From a virus: a stretch of DNA of 64,000 bases. The notes under the pieces were generated by a model. The model did no database searches. It saw nothing but the letters and a program-made list of their open reading frames with translations, and had not been told where the DNA came from. The translations under genes were made by a program, and so were the position numbers. Positions 28,277 to 38,759 of the stretch are shown piece by piece (position 1 is the first letter of the stretch; each line of letters opens with the position of its first letter). The DNA is taken from IMG/VR virus record IMGVR_UViG_3300042561_000572, positions 30,156-94,155 of that record, one strand, 5' to 3'.

Positions 28277-31025
28277 AGTTATTTTTAATGAGACACCCTC
28301 TTTAGGAGCCCCAATAAACACTACTGTTTCTAATAGAGTTGCTATTGTAGGTGAGTTTACAAAAGGACCAACTAATACTATTTTACTATCAGAGTTTAAA
28401 GACTTTGCAAGGATATATGGTTATGATACTGGTACTGCAAACTTATCCTTTCAAGCAGCATATGATCAAGGTGCTAGAGAATTTGGAATTAAAAGAGTAA
28501 TTGGTCAAGCAGTTCCCCCAAAAATTGATTTATTAATTAGTGGTATTGCTACAAAACAAAACAATTTAACAGTTAACTTAAAGTTTGTTGGACAACCAAT
28601 AAGCACAGCAACTAGTTATATTGAAACATTTATTAGTTCTAGTGGTAGTTATACTGGTACAACTGATAAAAGATATTTGTTTAAAGTTACCCAAGGTCCT
28701 ATTACACTTAATGCTACTTATAATCAAGCAACAGCAGCTTCCACTATTACTACATCAATTGCTAATGCAGCTAAAGTAGTAATTGGCTCTAAGATTGCAA
28801 GTGCAGAATCTAATGTATTAACTACCCCAACAACTACCACTATAACAGCAGTTAATCCTCTAACTGGAGTTATTACTTTATCAGCTCCTTTAGTAACAGG
28901 AGTAGCGGGTTATGGTGAGTTTACACTTACTAATAAAGCAACATTAAAGTGGGTTGTATTACCCATTAATCAATACCCATTTGCAACTAATCTACCTACT
29001 GTTAATTGGGGGGATGATAGTGCTGATATTCCTACTTATGTTAATACACTTGGTACAACAGTTACAGGTGCAGTATTAGGAAGTGCTTTAGATCTAACAA
29101 CTGATGCAGGTATTTATAAAGTAATAGCTGAAGGTATATCTATTAGATTTAGTGTAACAGGAGTACCAATTGAAGTATATCCTGGAGAACAATTTACATT
29201 AAGAGTTAACTCTGCTGAGTATTTGATTCCAATTGCAGAAGGAGCAACTTCATCTGATGTTATTAATAACATTCAGGATATTATGGGAGGCATTGCACCT
29301 ATTGGTCTAGTTAAAAGATTAGAAAATGAATTAGGTACATCCTTATTCTTATCAGAAGAAATTGTTAGTCAACCTCTTGAGTTCTTTGACTTAGATGAAC
29401 CTAATAGAGTAACAATTGCAAGTGGTTATAGTTTATGGGTTGATTTAGATGAACCAGATGGACAGGTAGTAGTTACAGGTTCAGCTACAAGTGCATCTAC
29501 ATCACTAACAGTTTCAGATGCAACTAACATTGCAATTGATAGTATTGTATCTGGTACTAGTATTGTTCAAGGCACTACTGTTATTAGTAAAACTGGTAAT
29601 GTATTAACACTATCAGATCCTGTATCAGCAAACATTGTTAGTGGTACTATTACATTCTCTAACTTAAATGGTATTAACTTTAGTAATTATGGATCTCTTA
29701 ATAAGAGTGGATTCTCTGCTACATCTAATAATGCTAGAAATGCATTTGTAACTACTTATTCTTCTGATGGATATCCTTTAGTTAGATTTACTGCTATTAG
29801 TCCTGGTCAATGGGGTAATGGCATCTCATTATCTATCAACAGCATTGGTGCTAGTAGATTTAATGTTGTAATTGAAGATACTAATACTAATACAAATGAT
29901 AAAGAAATTGAATCATTTACAGTTAATCTATTAACGGATGTAGCTGCTGATGGCACAATTAACTCAATTGCATCTTCATATGTTAGAGCTGATTATATTC
30001 CAGTATCAGTTGGTAGTAATCAATTTCCTGCTCAAATAGTAAATAGAACTCCTCAAAGATTAGCACCTGCTAATCCTTTTATAACTACAGTAACAGACAT
30101 TAGACATATTAGTTATGTAGGTAATAACAAGTTATCTAACATCTTCTTAAAGAGAGGTTATGATGGCCCAGTTCCAACTGAAACTGATTACATTAATGCT
30201 GTTAATTCACTCTCACAAGAAAGAGTTAACTTTATTGTAGTAGCTAATGAATTGGGAGCTAGAACAGCAGTAAGACAAGCACAATTATCAGTTGCTGGTA
30301 ATAGTGGTGAACTAGAGGGTAGAAAGATTGCAATCCTAACATCTACTAGAAACTTAACAGCAGCAAGAGCTAGATTAGAAACAGTTGGTATTAACACTGA
30401 AAGAGGTGTTTATGTTGCAGGTTGGGCTACATATAGTGGTGGTATTGGAGCTAGTAGATTCTCTATTCCTTTAAGTGTATTTTATGCTGGTAAGTTAGGT
30501 TATATATCAGAGAACCTTAGTCCTAATGCTAGAACAAGTGCTGGTTCTATTCAAGGAATCATTGAAACTGATCTAGATCAATACAAATCTATTAGTTCTA
30601 AACAACAATTTATAGATACTAAAGTTGACATGATTTCAATTGATCCTGCATTATCTGGTTACTTTGTAGTACAAGGTAGAACACTAACTGATATTACTGG
30701 TAAAGATAGAATTAACTTAGTTAGAATTAATGACAAGATTAGAAGAGATCTATTCTTTAACCTACAAAGTTATAAAGGTGAAACCAATTCTAAAGTAGTT
30801 AGAACACAGATTGCATCTGCTATATCTGCTTATATGAGTACTCTTGCTAGAAGTGGTTATATTACTAGTTATAACCAACCAGTCATTGATGAAACAAATA
30901 ATCCATCTAGTGCATATTACACAGGTACATTAAACATATCTTTAAGTTATAGTCCCATATATCCTATAGATGCAATAGTGATTACTTTAACCAGAGATGT
31001 GTCTGGTAATGTTTCAGTAGCTTAA
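28263..31025 (+). CDS. contractile tail sheath protein
   Basis: VAIVGEFTKGP, FARIYG, FTAISPGQWGN, GYDG, INLVRI, FNLQSYKGETN, IDETNNP and YSPIYPIDAIVITL. Confidence 0.92.
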   Translation: MRIPEVIFNETPSLGAPINTTVSNRVAIVGEFTKGPTNTILLSEFKDFARIYGYDTGTANLSFQAAYDQGAREFGIKRVIGQAVPPKIDLLISGIATKQNNLTVNLKFVGQPISTATSYIETFISSSGSYTGTTDKRYLFKVTQGPITLNATYNQATAASTITTSIANAAKVVIGSKIASAESNVLTTPTTTTITAVNPLTGVITLSAPLVTGVAGYGEFTLTNKATLKWVVLPINQYPFATNLPTVNWGDDSADIPTYVNTLGTTVTGAVLGSALDLTTDAGIYKVIAEGISIRFSVTGVPIEVYPGEQFTLRVNSAEYLIPIAEGATSSDVINNIQDIMGGIAPIGLVKRLENELGTSLFLSEEIVSQPLEFFDLDEPNRVTIASGYSLWVDLDEPDGQVVVTGSATSASTSLTVSDATNIAIDSIVSGTSIVQGTTVISKTGNVLTLSDPVSANIVSGTITFSNLNGINFSNYGSLNKSGFSATSNNARNAFVTTYSSDGYPLVRFTAISPGQWGNGISLSINSIGASRFNVVIEDTNTNTNDKEIESFTVNLLTDVAADGTINSIASSYVRADYIPVSVGSNQFPAQIVNRTPQRLAPANPFITTVTDIRHISYVGNNKLSNIFLKRGYDGPVPTETDYINAVNSLSQERVNFIVVANELGARTAVRQAQLSVAGNSGELEGRKIAILTSTRNLTAARARLETVGINTERGVYVAGWATYSGGIGASRFSIPLSVFYAGKLGYISENLSPNARTSAGSIQGIIETDLDQYKSISSKQQFIDTKVDMISIDPALSGYFVVQGRTLTDITGKDRINLVRINDKIRRDLFFNLQSYKGETNSKVVRTQIASAISAYMSTLARSGYITSYNQPVIDETNNPSSAYYTGTLNISLSYSPIYPIDAIVITLTRDVSGNVSVA

Positions 31026-31056
31026 CAATATATAAATAAGAGAAGATAAACATACA

Positions 31057-31878
31057 ATGTTAGACATTTATAAAGCTCCTGTTAATAATATAGGATTGGA
31101 CCCTATACAAGGTTTTGACATTGCTGCTTGGATGCAAGATTCAGCAAGCGGTCAAATAGCTTTGTTTGGTGACTTTCAATCTATTACATTAACAATTAGA
31201 GATAGTACAGAAACTTATTTACCATTAGGCACCAGATTTCCAGTGTACTTAAATGGTGAAATTCAAATAGCATTTGTTATTGAACAAGGTTTAGTTGATA
31301 TGAACTTCATGCAAAGAACCTTTGGTGTTCAGAACATGGTAAGAGAACAACTTGTTACTAGAGGTCCTAGATTCCAACTTACATTTGATGCTAATGCCTA
31401 TGAACTAAATAAAAATTATGTAGACATTGCTAATGAGAGTGGTAAAGTATCGACTGAAATAAACTATAGAACAGGTGGTACTACTTTTAATCAAATTGTA
31501 GGTGGATCAAATGCTAAATTTGCTAAAAGCAGCTTAGGGGGGTCTGGTAACGAAAAAGTTAATAAAGGTCAAGTTCCTCTTGCACAAGGTAGATATGAAC
31601 TACAAAGATGTAAGATTGACTCTTTATCTGTTGGTATCATGCCTGGTAGAAGAGTTATAGCACAACGTTGGGAAGGAGTAGCAGAAGGTATTAGATTTAT
31701 ACCTGAATCTTTACAAGACTTTAGAAGTAATAATCCTGATAATCCTGGCCCTGCTTTTAGAGGCGGTAATTTAACTAGTGATGGTAGTGGTAATATTAGT
31801 GTTGGGCTTCCAGCTAATACAATTACTAATATTAATAATATTAATACTGGTGGTGGTATTGGTGGTATTTTAGTTTAA
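31057..31878 (+). CDS. tail tube protein
   Basis: Follows sheath; DPIQGF, GDFQSITL, YLPLG...YLNGE, YELQRCKI and WEGVAEGI. Confidence 0.8.
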   Translation: MLDIYKAPVNNIGLDPIQGFDIAAWMQDSASGQIALFGDFQSITLTIRDSTETYLPLGTRFPVYLNGEIQIAFVIEQGLVDMNFMQRTFGVQNMVREQLVTRGPRFQLTFDANAYELNKNYVDIANESGKVSTEINYRTGGTTFNQIVGGSNAKFAKSSLGGSGNEKVNKGQVPLAQGRYELQRCKIDSLSVGIMPGRRVIAQRWEGVAEGIRFIPESLQDFRSNNPDNPGPAFRGGNLTSDGSGNISVGLPANTITNINNINTGGGIGGILV

Positions 31879-31927
31879 TTTTATAACTTATAAAATTAAA
31901 TTAAAAGTTTATATATAAATATATAAA

Positions 31928-31972
31928 TATAATAAAAAGAGTGTTACTATATATTTAGTACACTCTTTTTTA
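31928..31972 (+). terminator. TATAAT plus hairpin and T-tract before tube-paralog cassette
   Basis: aaaaagagtg-t-tacta / tagta-cactcttttt inverted repeat directly preceded by TATAAT and followed by ATG. Confidence 0.6.
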
Positions 31973-32431
31973 ATGAATAATATTAATAATATGTTTGATC
32001 AAATAGCTAAAGAAGTTATCTTATATACAGTTGCACATAACCAACCAGATAAGATCATTGGAACATTTAAAGACATTAGCACTAAAATAAACACTAAATC
32101 AGGAGTGTTATTAGATGGTGAATGTTATATTACATTTCAGCTAAAAGATGGTAATTTAACATTACAAAACTTAAAAGATAAAGTGTTTTACATTACATTT
32201 GATCTTCAAAAGAATGATACAAGATGTGTTTTAAGACTTTGTAAATTAATTGATGATCAATGTAATAATGAAGTATTAGCTGGTAATGCTGATAATATGG
32301 GAAGTATTCCACAATCAATACAAACTTTTAAAGATAACATTGATAAGATAAATAAAGCATTAGAACTAGGAATAGTTAAACTAGATCAATCATTTGAAGA
32401 CTTTAAAACATTAATCAGTAAACAAAAATGA
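31973..32431 (+). CDS. degenerate tail-tube paralog
   Basis: IIGTFKDI, LLDGECYITF, CVLRLCKLID and IPQSIQTF align to the tube protein and to 32428..32874. Confidence 0.6.
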   Translation: MNNINNMFDQIAKEVILYTVAHNQPDKIIGTFKDISTKINTKSGVLLDGECYITFQLKDGNLTLQNLKDKVFYITFDLQKNDTRCVLRLCKLIDDQCNNEVLAGNADNMGSIPQSIQTFKDNIDKINKALELGIVKLDQSFEDFKTLISKQK

Positions 32432-32874
32432 TAGAAACAACAACAAAAGATGTCATTGTTTATACTTTACAAGATGACAACAAGATAAACATTATAGGTG
32501 AGTTTGAAAATATAACTTTATGTGTTAGAACTACTACTAATAATAATATTTACTTAGAAGGTGAAACAAGGGTTGCATTTGTATTATATAAAGGTGTTAT
32601 TAAGTTTAATAATCAAGAACTAAAACCTAATACATTTGTAACAAGAGGCCCAAGATTTAATATTAGTTATGATTCTTATGAAATAAATTTTAATAATAAT
32701 AAAGTTATAGGTGATGTAAAAGGTAGATATGAATTAGGTAGATGTATGATTGATACTACATCTACAGGAGATATAGTTGGTAGAAAAGTTGTAAGTCTTA
32801 GAGTTGAAGGTGTAGCTGAATACATCAAATTCATACCACAAACAGTTGAAGACTTTATTACTAGTAATAAATAA
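32428..32874 (+). CDS. truncated tail-tube paralog
   Basis: GEFENITL, YLEGE, VTRGPRF, GRYELGRC and EGVAEYIKFIP match tube 31057..31878. Confidence 0.85.
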   Translation: MIETTTKDVIVYTLQDDNKINIIGEFENITLCVRTTTNNNIYLEGETRVAFVLYKGVIKFNNQELKPNTFVTRGPRFNISYDSYEINFNNNKVIGDVKGRYELGRCMIDTTSTGDIVGRKVVSLRVEGVAEYIKFIPQTVEDFITSNK

Positions 32875-32893
32875 GCACACAATTACATATCAC

Positions 32894-32929
32894 AAAAGAC
32901 TGTAGTATACTAATACATACAGTCTTTTT
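32894..32929 (+). terminator. intrinsic terminator
   Basis: aaaagactgta / tacagtctttt inverted repeat. Confidence 0.65.
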
Positions 32930-32984
32930 AATGCAAATAAATACACAATATTAATACTTAAATTAATAAATACATAAATAATAT

Positions 32985-35849
32985 ATGTCTAAATTTTACT
33001 CAGATAAAGCGCCAACACCAGTCTTTGCAGTTACATTTGTAAGTAATAGAGATGGTATTATACCTAAAGAAAAAGTACAAACTAGTAGCAAAAGTACTAC
33101 TCCTCAACAAAATGAAGAAGATATTACTAATCCAAACTTTAAATCTAGTGATTATAAAGAGGGAATAGAAGCAGGAGAAAAAGATTTATTAAATAAGATT
33201 GCTTCAATTAAAAAGACTCAAAGGAATAATCCAACACCAGATGAAAAGAAAAGATATGATGAAGCTTTAACTGATTATAGAAAAGCTTTAAGAGAGTTTA
33301 GAGAAAAGAATATGCCAACCTTTTATGGACCTTCTAATTCTTCTACTCCAACTATACCTACCAAAGATAGTGAATACTTAATTTATTCTAATTTACAAAT
33401 ACAAAAAACAGATGATCCAACTGACTTATCACAACAATCTAATTGGTATTTAAGAGAAGCTGAAGTTGAATTAACTAGAGATTGGCCCATTCAAAAGGCC
33501 AAGTTAATTGTAACTTGTAAGCTATTAGATAATGGCTCTATACCACCTTTAGTTGAAGTTGAGAATGGTTTTGTATATGAGAAAAATAATCAGACTCAAG
33601 TGTTTACACCTGTCACTGGAGGGCGCTTCTTATCAGCAGATGATGAAGTGAGAATATATGCTGGTTATAAGAATGATCAATGTATTAGTATGAATGATTT
33701 AGATAAATATCCATTTGATTTTACTAACTTAGAAGCTACAAAACCAATACCACCAATAGTTGAAGCTCAAGTAAAGTTCCTAGAAAAGCAAGTAGTTGCT
33801 ATACAAAATGCTATAGATGCTATAAACAATCCTCTAACAGATCCAACTCTTTATGCAAACATAGGTATTGCTTTACTTCCATTAGGTTTATTACTCTTGC
33901 CAGCAGCAGGACCAGGAGGAGCAGTAGCTACTATTGCTCCAGCTAGTAAAGCTTTAAGTGTTTCAGGTGCTGCTATATCTACAACAGGAACCACAGGAGC
34001 AGCCACAACAGCGTTAGGTTTTCCCATTGGAACAGCAGCAACTTCTACTGCAACAGGAGCTACAAGTACAGCATTAAGTACACAAGTACTTCCTAGAGTA
34101 GCAGCATCTACTATTTCTACGGCTACTAATGCTGCTGCTAGACTACCTACAACAACTGCTGGTTTAGATGCTTTAGCAACTGCTGCTTATAATAAAGCTA
34201 TTGCATCTGGATTAGGTATAACTGCTGCTAGTGTTGTTGCTATTAATACTGTATTAGCAGGATCTGCAAGTGCAGAAGATATAGCTAAACTCTATCCTGA
34301 TAAGATAACTACTAACTATTTAGAAGGTAGAATATATCTAAATGATAATAAAGCTTTAATTGATTCATTAAAAGGAGAAATTACTGCTACTAATAACTTA
34401 ATACAAGTACTACTAAGAAAAGCTGGAGTTGAAACTAAAACATACACAGCAAATCCTAATAAAATAGCACCTATATTCTGGGGCTTTATAGATTCAGTTG
34501 ACTTTATATCTAACTCTAATGCTGGTGTTCAAATTATATACAACTTAAGAGATAGAAGTAGAATATTAGCAGATACTAAACTTGTAACATTACCCTTCCT
34601 AGGAACAGATGCTAATAATAAAAACACATTTGAAGGGTTAAAACATAAGACAGTTGAATCTGTATATAGAGCTACTAATGGTGGTATTTACTTAGATAAT
34701 AGTTATCAAACAGCTTCATCTTTAGCTTGGAGAAGTGGCTTTAATAAAGGGGAAGTTATAAGTTTATATGAAGATATAGATAAGAAGATAATAGATACAA
34801 AGAGTGCATTAGCTAAGGAAAGATTAAAGTATACAGCAGCAATAGAAGATCCTGCTAGATGGGTTATTGCTAATGCATTCTTATCATCTAGTAATATATT
34901 AAATAAGGCAGATTATAATAACCTTGATCCTTTATTTCATATATGGACCTTGCAAGGACCGCTAGTATCAGGTAGTGGTAATAACACTATGCAGATCATA
35001 AACAAGTCACCATTTGAGATATTAAACTATTTAGCAATGACTGAAGTAATGCCTATTGATATATTTACATCACATATCAATGGACACTTTATGTTTGCAC
35101 CAAGAATATTAGATACAACTGGTCTTTATGATGAACAAAGGGGTAATAGATTATACTACTTCTTTGATTGCTTTGATCAATTACCAAATCAAAGAAATTT
35201 AATAAAAGATATAAGAGTACAAACAAGTACAGTTGGTGTTTATAACAGATTTACAGTATTAACAGCAGACTTTGGTAGTTCAACTAATGCTTCATTATCT
35301 GGTCTAACATCTATTGTTGATATAGCATCAGCTAATACTAAAAATAGAAAGGTACCAATTAAACAACATGTAATTGTAGATCCTAAGATAAAAGCTAGTG
35401 AAGGTAACAAAGAAGGAGCAGCACAAGCATTAGCACTTACAACAGCCTCTACAATGGCTAGGGATCACACTATGATTATATTTAAGATTATAGGTGATTC
35501 ATCATTTTATCCAGGAGAAGCTGTAAGAATATTTAATACTGTCCTTCATAGTAAAGGTATATTTACTTTTAATGCTACCTCTACATCATCTGCTGTCTTT
35601 TTAAAGTCCCTATATGATGAAGTTCAAAAGCTATTAAATAGTGCTGTTAAACAAGGAGGTGATAAGAATAAAGTAGTAGATTTAAGTGCTGTAATTGATA
35701 GTATGAGAAGAGTAGCAGGAGCACCTTCAGATGACTTAAATGATGCATTACCCATGTATAAAGTAAGAGGCATAACACATTCATTAAAAGCTAATGGTAA
35801 TGATGCTGGATACACTACAAAGATAGTTGCTGTTGCTGATATTTTATAA
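32985..35849 (+). CDS. baseplate hub protein (T4 gp27/P2 gpD/VgrG-N-like) with large insertion
   Basis: DEVRIYAGY, PIFWGFIDSV, LRDRSRIL, IIGDSSFYPGEAVRI and YKVRGITHSL...GYTTKI. Confidence 0.7.
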   Translation: MSKFYSDKAPTPVFAVTFVSNRDGIIPKEKVQTSSKSTTPQQNEEDITNPNFKSSDYKEGIEAGEKDLLNKIASIKKTQRNNPTPDEKKRYDEALTDYRKALREFREKNMPTFYGPSNSSTPTIPTKDSEYLIYSNLQIQKTDDPTDLSQQSNWYLREAEVELTRDWPIQKAKLIVTCKLLDNGSIPPLVEVENGFVYEKNNQTQVFTPVTGGRFLSADDEVRIYAGYKNDQCISMNDLDKYPFDFTNLEATKPIPPIVEAQVKFLEKQVVAIQNAIDAINNPLTDPTLYANIGIALLPLGLLLLPAAGPGGAVATIAPASKALSVSGAAISTTGTTGAATTALGFPIGTAATSTATGATSTALSTQVLPRVAASTISTATNAAARLPTTTAGLDALATAAYNKAIASGLGITAASVVAINTVLAGSASAEDIAKLYPDKITTNYLEGRIYLNDNKALIDSLKGEITATNNLIQVLLRKAGVETKTYTANPNKIAPIFWGFIDSVDFISNSNAGVQIIYNLRDRSRILADTKLVTLPFLGTDANNKNTFEGLKHKTVESVYRATNGGIYLDNSYQTASSLAWRSGFNKGEVISLYEDIDKKIIDTKSALAKERLKYTAAIEDPARWVIANAFLSSSNILNKADYNNLDPLFHIWTLQGPLVSGSGNNTMQIINKSPFEILNYLAMTEVMPIDIFTSHINGHFMFAPRILDTTGLYDEQRGNRLYYFFDCFDQLPNQRNLIKDIRVQTSTVGVYNRFTVLTADFGSSTNASLSGLTSIVDIASANTKNRKVPIKQHVIVDPKIKASEGNKEGAAQALALTTASTMARDHTMIIFKIIGDSSFYPGEAVRIFNTVLHSKGIFTFNATSTSSAVFLKSLYDEVQKLLNSAVKQGGDKNKVVDLSAVIDSMRRVAGAPSDDLNDALPMYKVRGITHSLKANGNDAGYTTKIVAVADIL

Positions 35850-35970
35850 ATAGATTATATGTAATACAACATAACAATAAACAATATTATTACAATTAAC
35901 ATAATATCTTTTATTCTAATTAGTTGTAATAATATACACTAACAAACATAATTAAAAGAGATTAACATAT

Positions 35971-37158
35971 ATGCTTGAAAACCCTTTATATAACCCTGGT
36001 GGTTATTTTACAAACATAAAAGCATTTGAAGCTATTAATAATAACTGGGTAGCACTTGGAGAGATTGTAAACTTATCAGATGATGGTGAATATCAAAGTA
36101 ATCTTATACAGAGATATGATGTTTTAGTTTATCAAATGAATGACAACATTATAAAAGGTTGTATACCAATCACCCCTAACTTTAGTGGTAATGGTGTTGG
36201 TGAATATGCAACATACAAAGTAGGTGATGCTGTTATACTTACATGTTTATATAATCAGTGGGATTCTGCTGTGATATTAGGTTCAATATCCCTCCCAGGA
36301 GATATGAAAAAACTTATGGGTAAAGATACAGAAAGAACTAAGTTAAGACATTTACAAGACAATAATACATATGCACCACAACCTCTTATAACACCTGATA
36401 GAGCACAAAATCCATCAGCTAATAAGATATCTATATCTTCAACTCAAATGGATAAAGATGCTTATAGAAACCCTGATTTACTATTATCATCTAGTGATAG
36501 AGCAGCACTTATAAAAGAACAATCACTACCAAATGGTATTGAGTTAGATAGTGGTTTAGGTGATAAAGGTTCTTATTATAGGGGTTTAGAATACAAGTAT
36601 ATTAATGGTAGTTATTATCACATTGTTGTTGCTGACAAAGAAGATGAATGTGCTAAAGCAACCAAAGTTGCTAAAGTAACATTAGATAAGATTAACAAGT
36701 TAAAGAAATTAACTAATAGTCCAAGAAATAGTACAAGTTTAATAGATGCAACTTATAGAGCAGAACAACATCAAAAGATATATGAATTAGCCTTAGAAAC
36801 AGCTAAGAAGTGTAATACAAAAGCATTAGTACAGAAACAAGCAACAAGTAATATTAAAGATGCAACAGCTAATACTAGTGGTGCTCAAGTTCAATCTGAC
36901 TACAAACCTAATCAAACTAACTTACCTGTTAATACATCTTCAGCAAGAATCACCCTAACAAGAGATGAAGTAGTTAAGTTTATATCCTATATTCAATGGA
37001 ATAATAAACTACCAGTAGAACAACAAACAGAAGCTATTAGAACTTTATATATATACTACAAATTAAAAGATGATGGCACTGGAACAGTTACACAATCATT
37101 AATAGATAAGATATTAAGTGACCCAGATTATTTAATTTATAAGAATAAAAGCAAATAA
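35971..37158 (+). CDS. central spike N-terminal OB-fold protein (gp5/gpV-like)
   Basis: GNGVGEYATYKVGDAVILTCLYNQWDSAVILGSI. Confidence 0.7.
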   Translation: MLENPLYNPGGYFTNIKAFEAINNNWVALGEIVNLSDDGEYQSNLIQRYDVLVYQMNDNIIKGCIPITPNFSGNGVGEYATYKVGDAVILTCLYNQWDSAVILGSISLPGDMKKLMGKDTERTKLRHLQDNNTYAPQPLITPDRAQNPSANKISISSTQMDKDAYRNPDLLLSSSDRAALIKEQSLPNGIELDSGLGDKGSYYRGLEYKYINGSYYHIVVADKEDECAKATKVAKVTLDKINKLKKLTNSPRNSTSLIDATYRAEQHQKIYELALETAKKCNTKALVQKQATSNIKDATANTSGAQVQSDYKPNQTNLPVNTSSARITLTRDEVVKFISYIQWNNKLPVEQQTEAIRTLYIYYKLKDDGTGTVTQSLIDKILSDPDYLIYKNKSK

Positions 37159-37160
37159 CA

Positions 37161-37574
37161 ATGTTAATAATAATACTACATCAAACAAAATCAACAGCAA
37201 AAGAGTTTTTAAACTTTATACCAACAGCACCCTACAGTTATCATGCTTTTATAGATATTACTGGCAATATTACATACTTAGTAGAACCAGTAAGACAAGC
37301 ATTAGCATGTGCTAATTGTTATATAAAAGACATAGAATCAGTTGATAAAGTAGCATATCAAATATGTTTTGAATCCTTAGATGGCGCTTTAACTGAAATA
37401 CAATACATGTCACTTGGTTACTTATTATCTCAATTAGATGTGACTTTAAATCAAGTATATCTACACTCAGAAGTATCATCATCAACTGACTTAAACTTAT
37501 TTAATAAAGACAAAAGTATAAAAGCTTATAACAAGTTTTTACCTAATAAAACTATATATACAGGACTTGAATAA
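37161..37574 (+). CDS. N-acetylmuramoyl-L-alanine amidase (Amidase_2-like)
   Basis: IILHQT, SYHAFIDITG, QICFE, TEIQY and VYLHSEV. Confidence 0.7.
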   Translation: MLIIILHQTKSTAKEFLNFIPTAPYSYHAFIDITGNITYLVEPVRQALACANCYIKDIESVDKVAYQICFESLDGALTEIQYMSLGYLLSQLDVTLNQVYLHSEVSSSTDLNLFNKDKSIKAYNKFLPNKTIYTGLE

Positions 37575-38735
37575 ATGGCAAGAGATAGAGCCTACTATGA
37601 ACAATTACTAACTAATAGTAACGTTGTTGCTTATTTAAATGCTATTAGCAGCATTGAAGCACAGACTTATTACACATTAAATGGAAATACAATATATGTA
37701 CCAACAGGGCCAGAACATCCAGATGTAATAGTACCCCCTGGAACTTCAGCAGCATTTGGTAGATATCAATTTATGCCTGGAACTTGGAATGAAATACAAG
37801 CTGGACTAGGGCCTCTAGATATAAGAAAACCTAGAGATCAAGATATAGCAGCACTATATAGGATGGACACTTTAAGAGGAACACTTGATAATGTTATAGC
37901 TGGTAATTGTATAGCAACTTTAAATAGTAATGCTGGTGAATGGGCAGCATTACCTAAAGCTGATAGTTCTTTTGCATATCCTAATCAAGGAGGACCTCTT
38001 GATGCAGTAGGATTTTGTAAGTTAGTTGATAGTTTAAAAGGTACAACATTACCAAAGGGACCTCTTGTAAATGATAATGTACCTACTGGAACAAGTCCTT
38101 CTAATAACCCTAATAACAATACATTTACCTTTGGTAATACTAACTTTGCAGACATAACATGTCCTCCTATAAAAGAAGAAGATTTATATAGAGCTAACTA
38201 TCAAATAACTAATCCAGGATGTAAGATATCTAGTCCTGTACAACCAATAACAGGATCAAATACTAATAGTGGAACAGTTAATAATGTTAGAGGCACTAAT
38301 AAAGGTGTTGGTTTTTCTGTTAATACACAAGGTTTTGGACAATGTTCAAGTTTAAGAAGTCCTTGTAATTTAAGTAGTGGTGAAGTAGTATTTACATCCG
38401 GTTATGGTTGGAGATGGGGAAGAATGCATAATGGTATTGATTTAGCAGGTCCTATTGGAACTCCCATATATGCTGCTAGTAATGGTAAAGTTATAGATGC
38501 AGCATACCAAGATGGAGGCTATGGTAATAGAGTTGAAATAGTAAGTCCAGAAGGTATTAGAACAACATATAGTCACTTAAATGCTATTAAATGTTCTGTG
38601 GATCAGCAAGTAACAGTAGGACAACAAATAGGTGATATGGGTAGTACTGGCTTTTCAACTGGACCTCATTTACACTTTGAAGTTGATACTGGTAGTGGTT
38701 ATATAGACCCAGAAGACTGTATAAGATTTAGATAA
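37575..38735 (+). CDS. lambda-type lysozyme/transglycosylase fused to M23 peptidase
   Basis: AISSIE...AFGRYQF...QDIAA...EWAALP; GYGWRWGRMHNGIDLA, YSHL and STGPHLHFEV. Confidence 0.9.
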   Translation: MARDRAYYEQLLTNSNVVAYLNAISSIEAQTYYTLNGNTIYVPTGPEHPDVIVPPGTSAAFGRYQFMPGTWNEIQAGLGPLDIRKPRDQDIAALYRMDTLRGTLDNVIAGNCIATLNSNAGEWAALPKADSSFAYPNQGGPLDAVGFCKLVDSLKGTTLPKGPLVNDNVPTGTSPSNNPNNNTFTFGNTNFADITCPPIKEEDLYRANYQITNPGCKISSPVQPITGSNTNSGTVNNVRGTNKGVGFSVNTQGFGQCSSLRSPCNLSSGEVVFTSGYGWRWGRMHNGIDLAGPIGTPIYAASNGKVIDAAYQDGGYGNRVEIVSPEGIRTTYSHLNAIKCSVDQQVTVGQQIGDMGSTGFSTGPHLHFEVDTGSGYIDPEDCIRFR

Positions 38736-38759
38736 AATCACATAACAATATAAATTACT

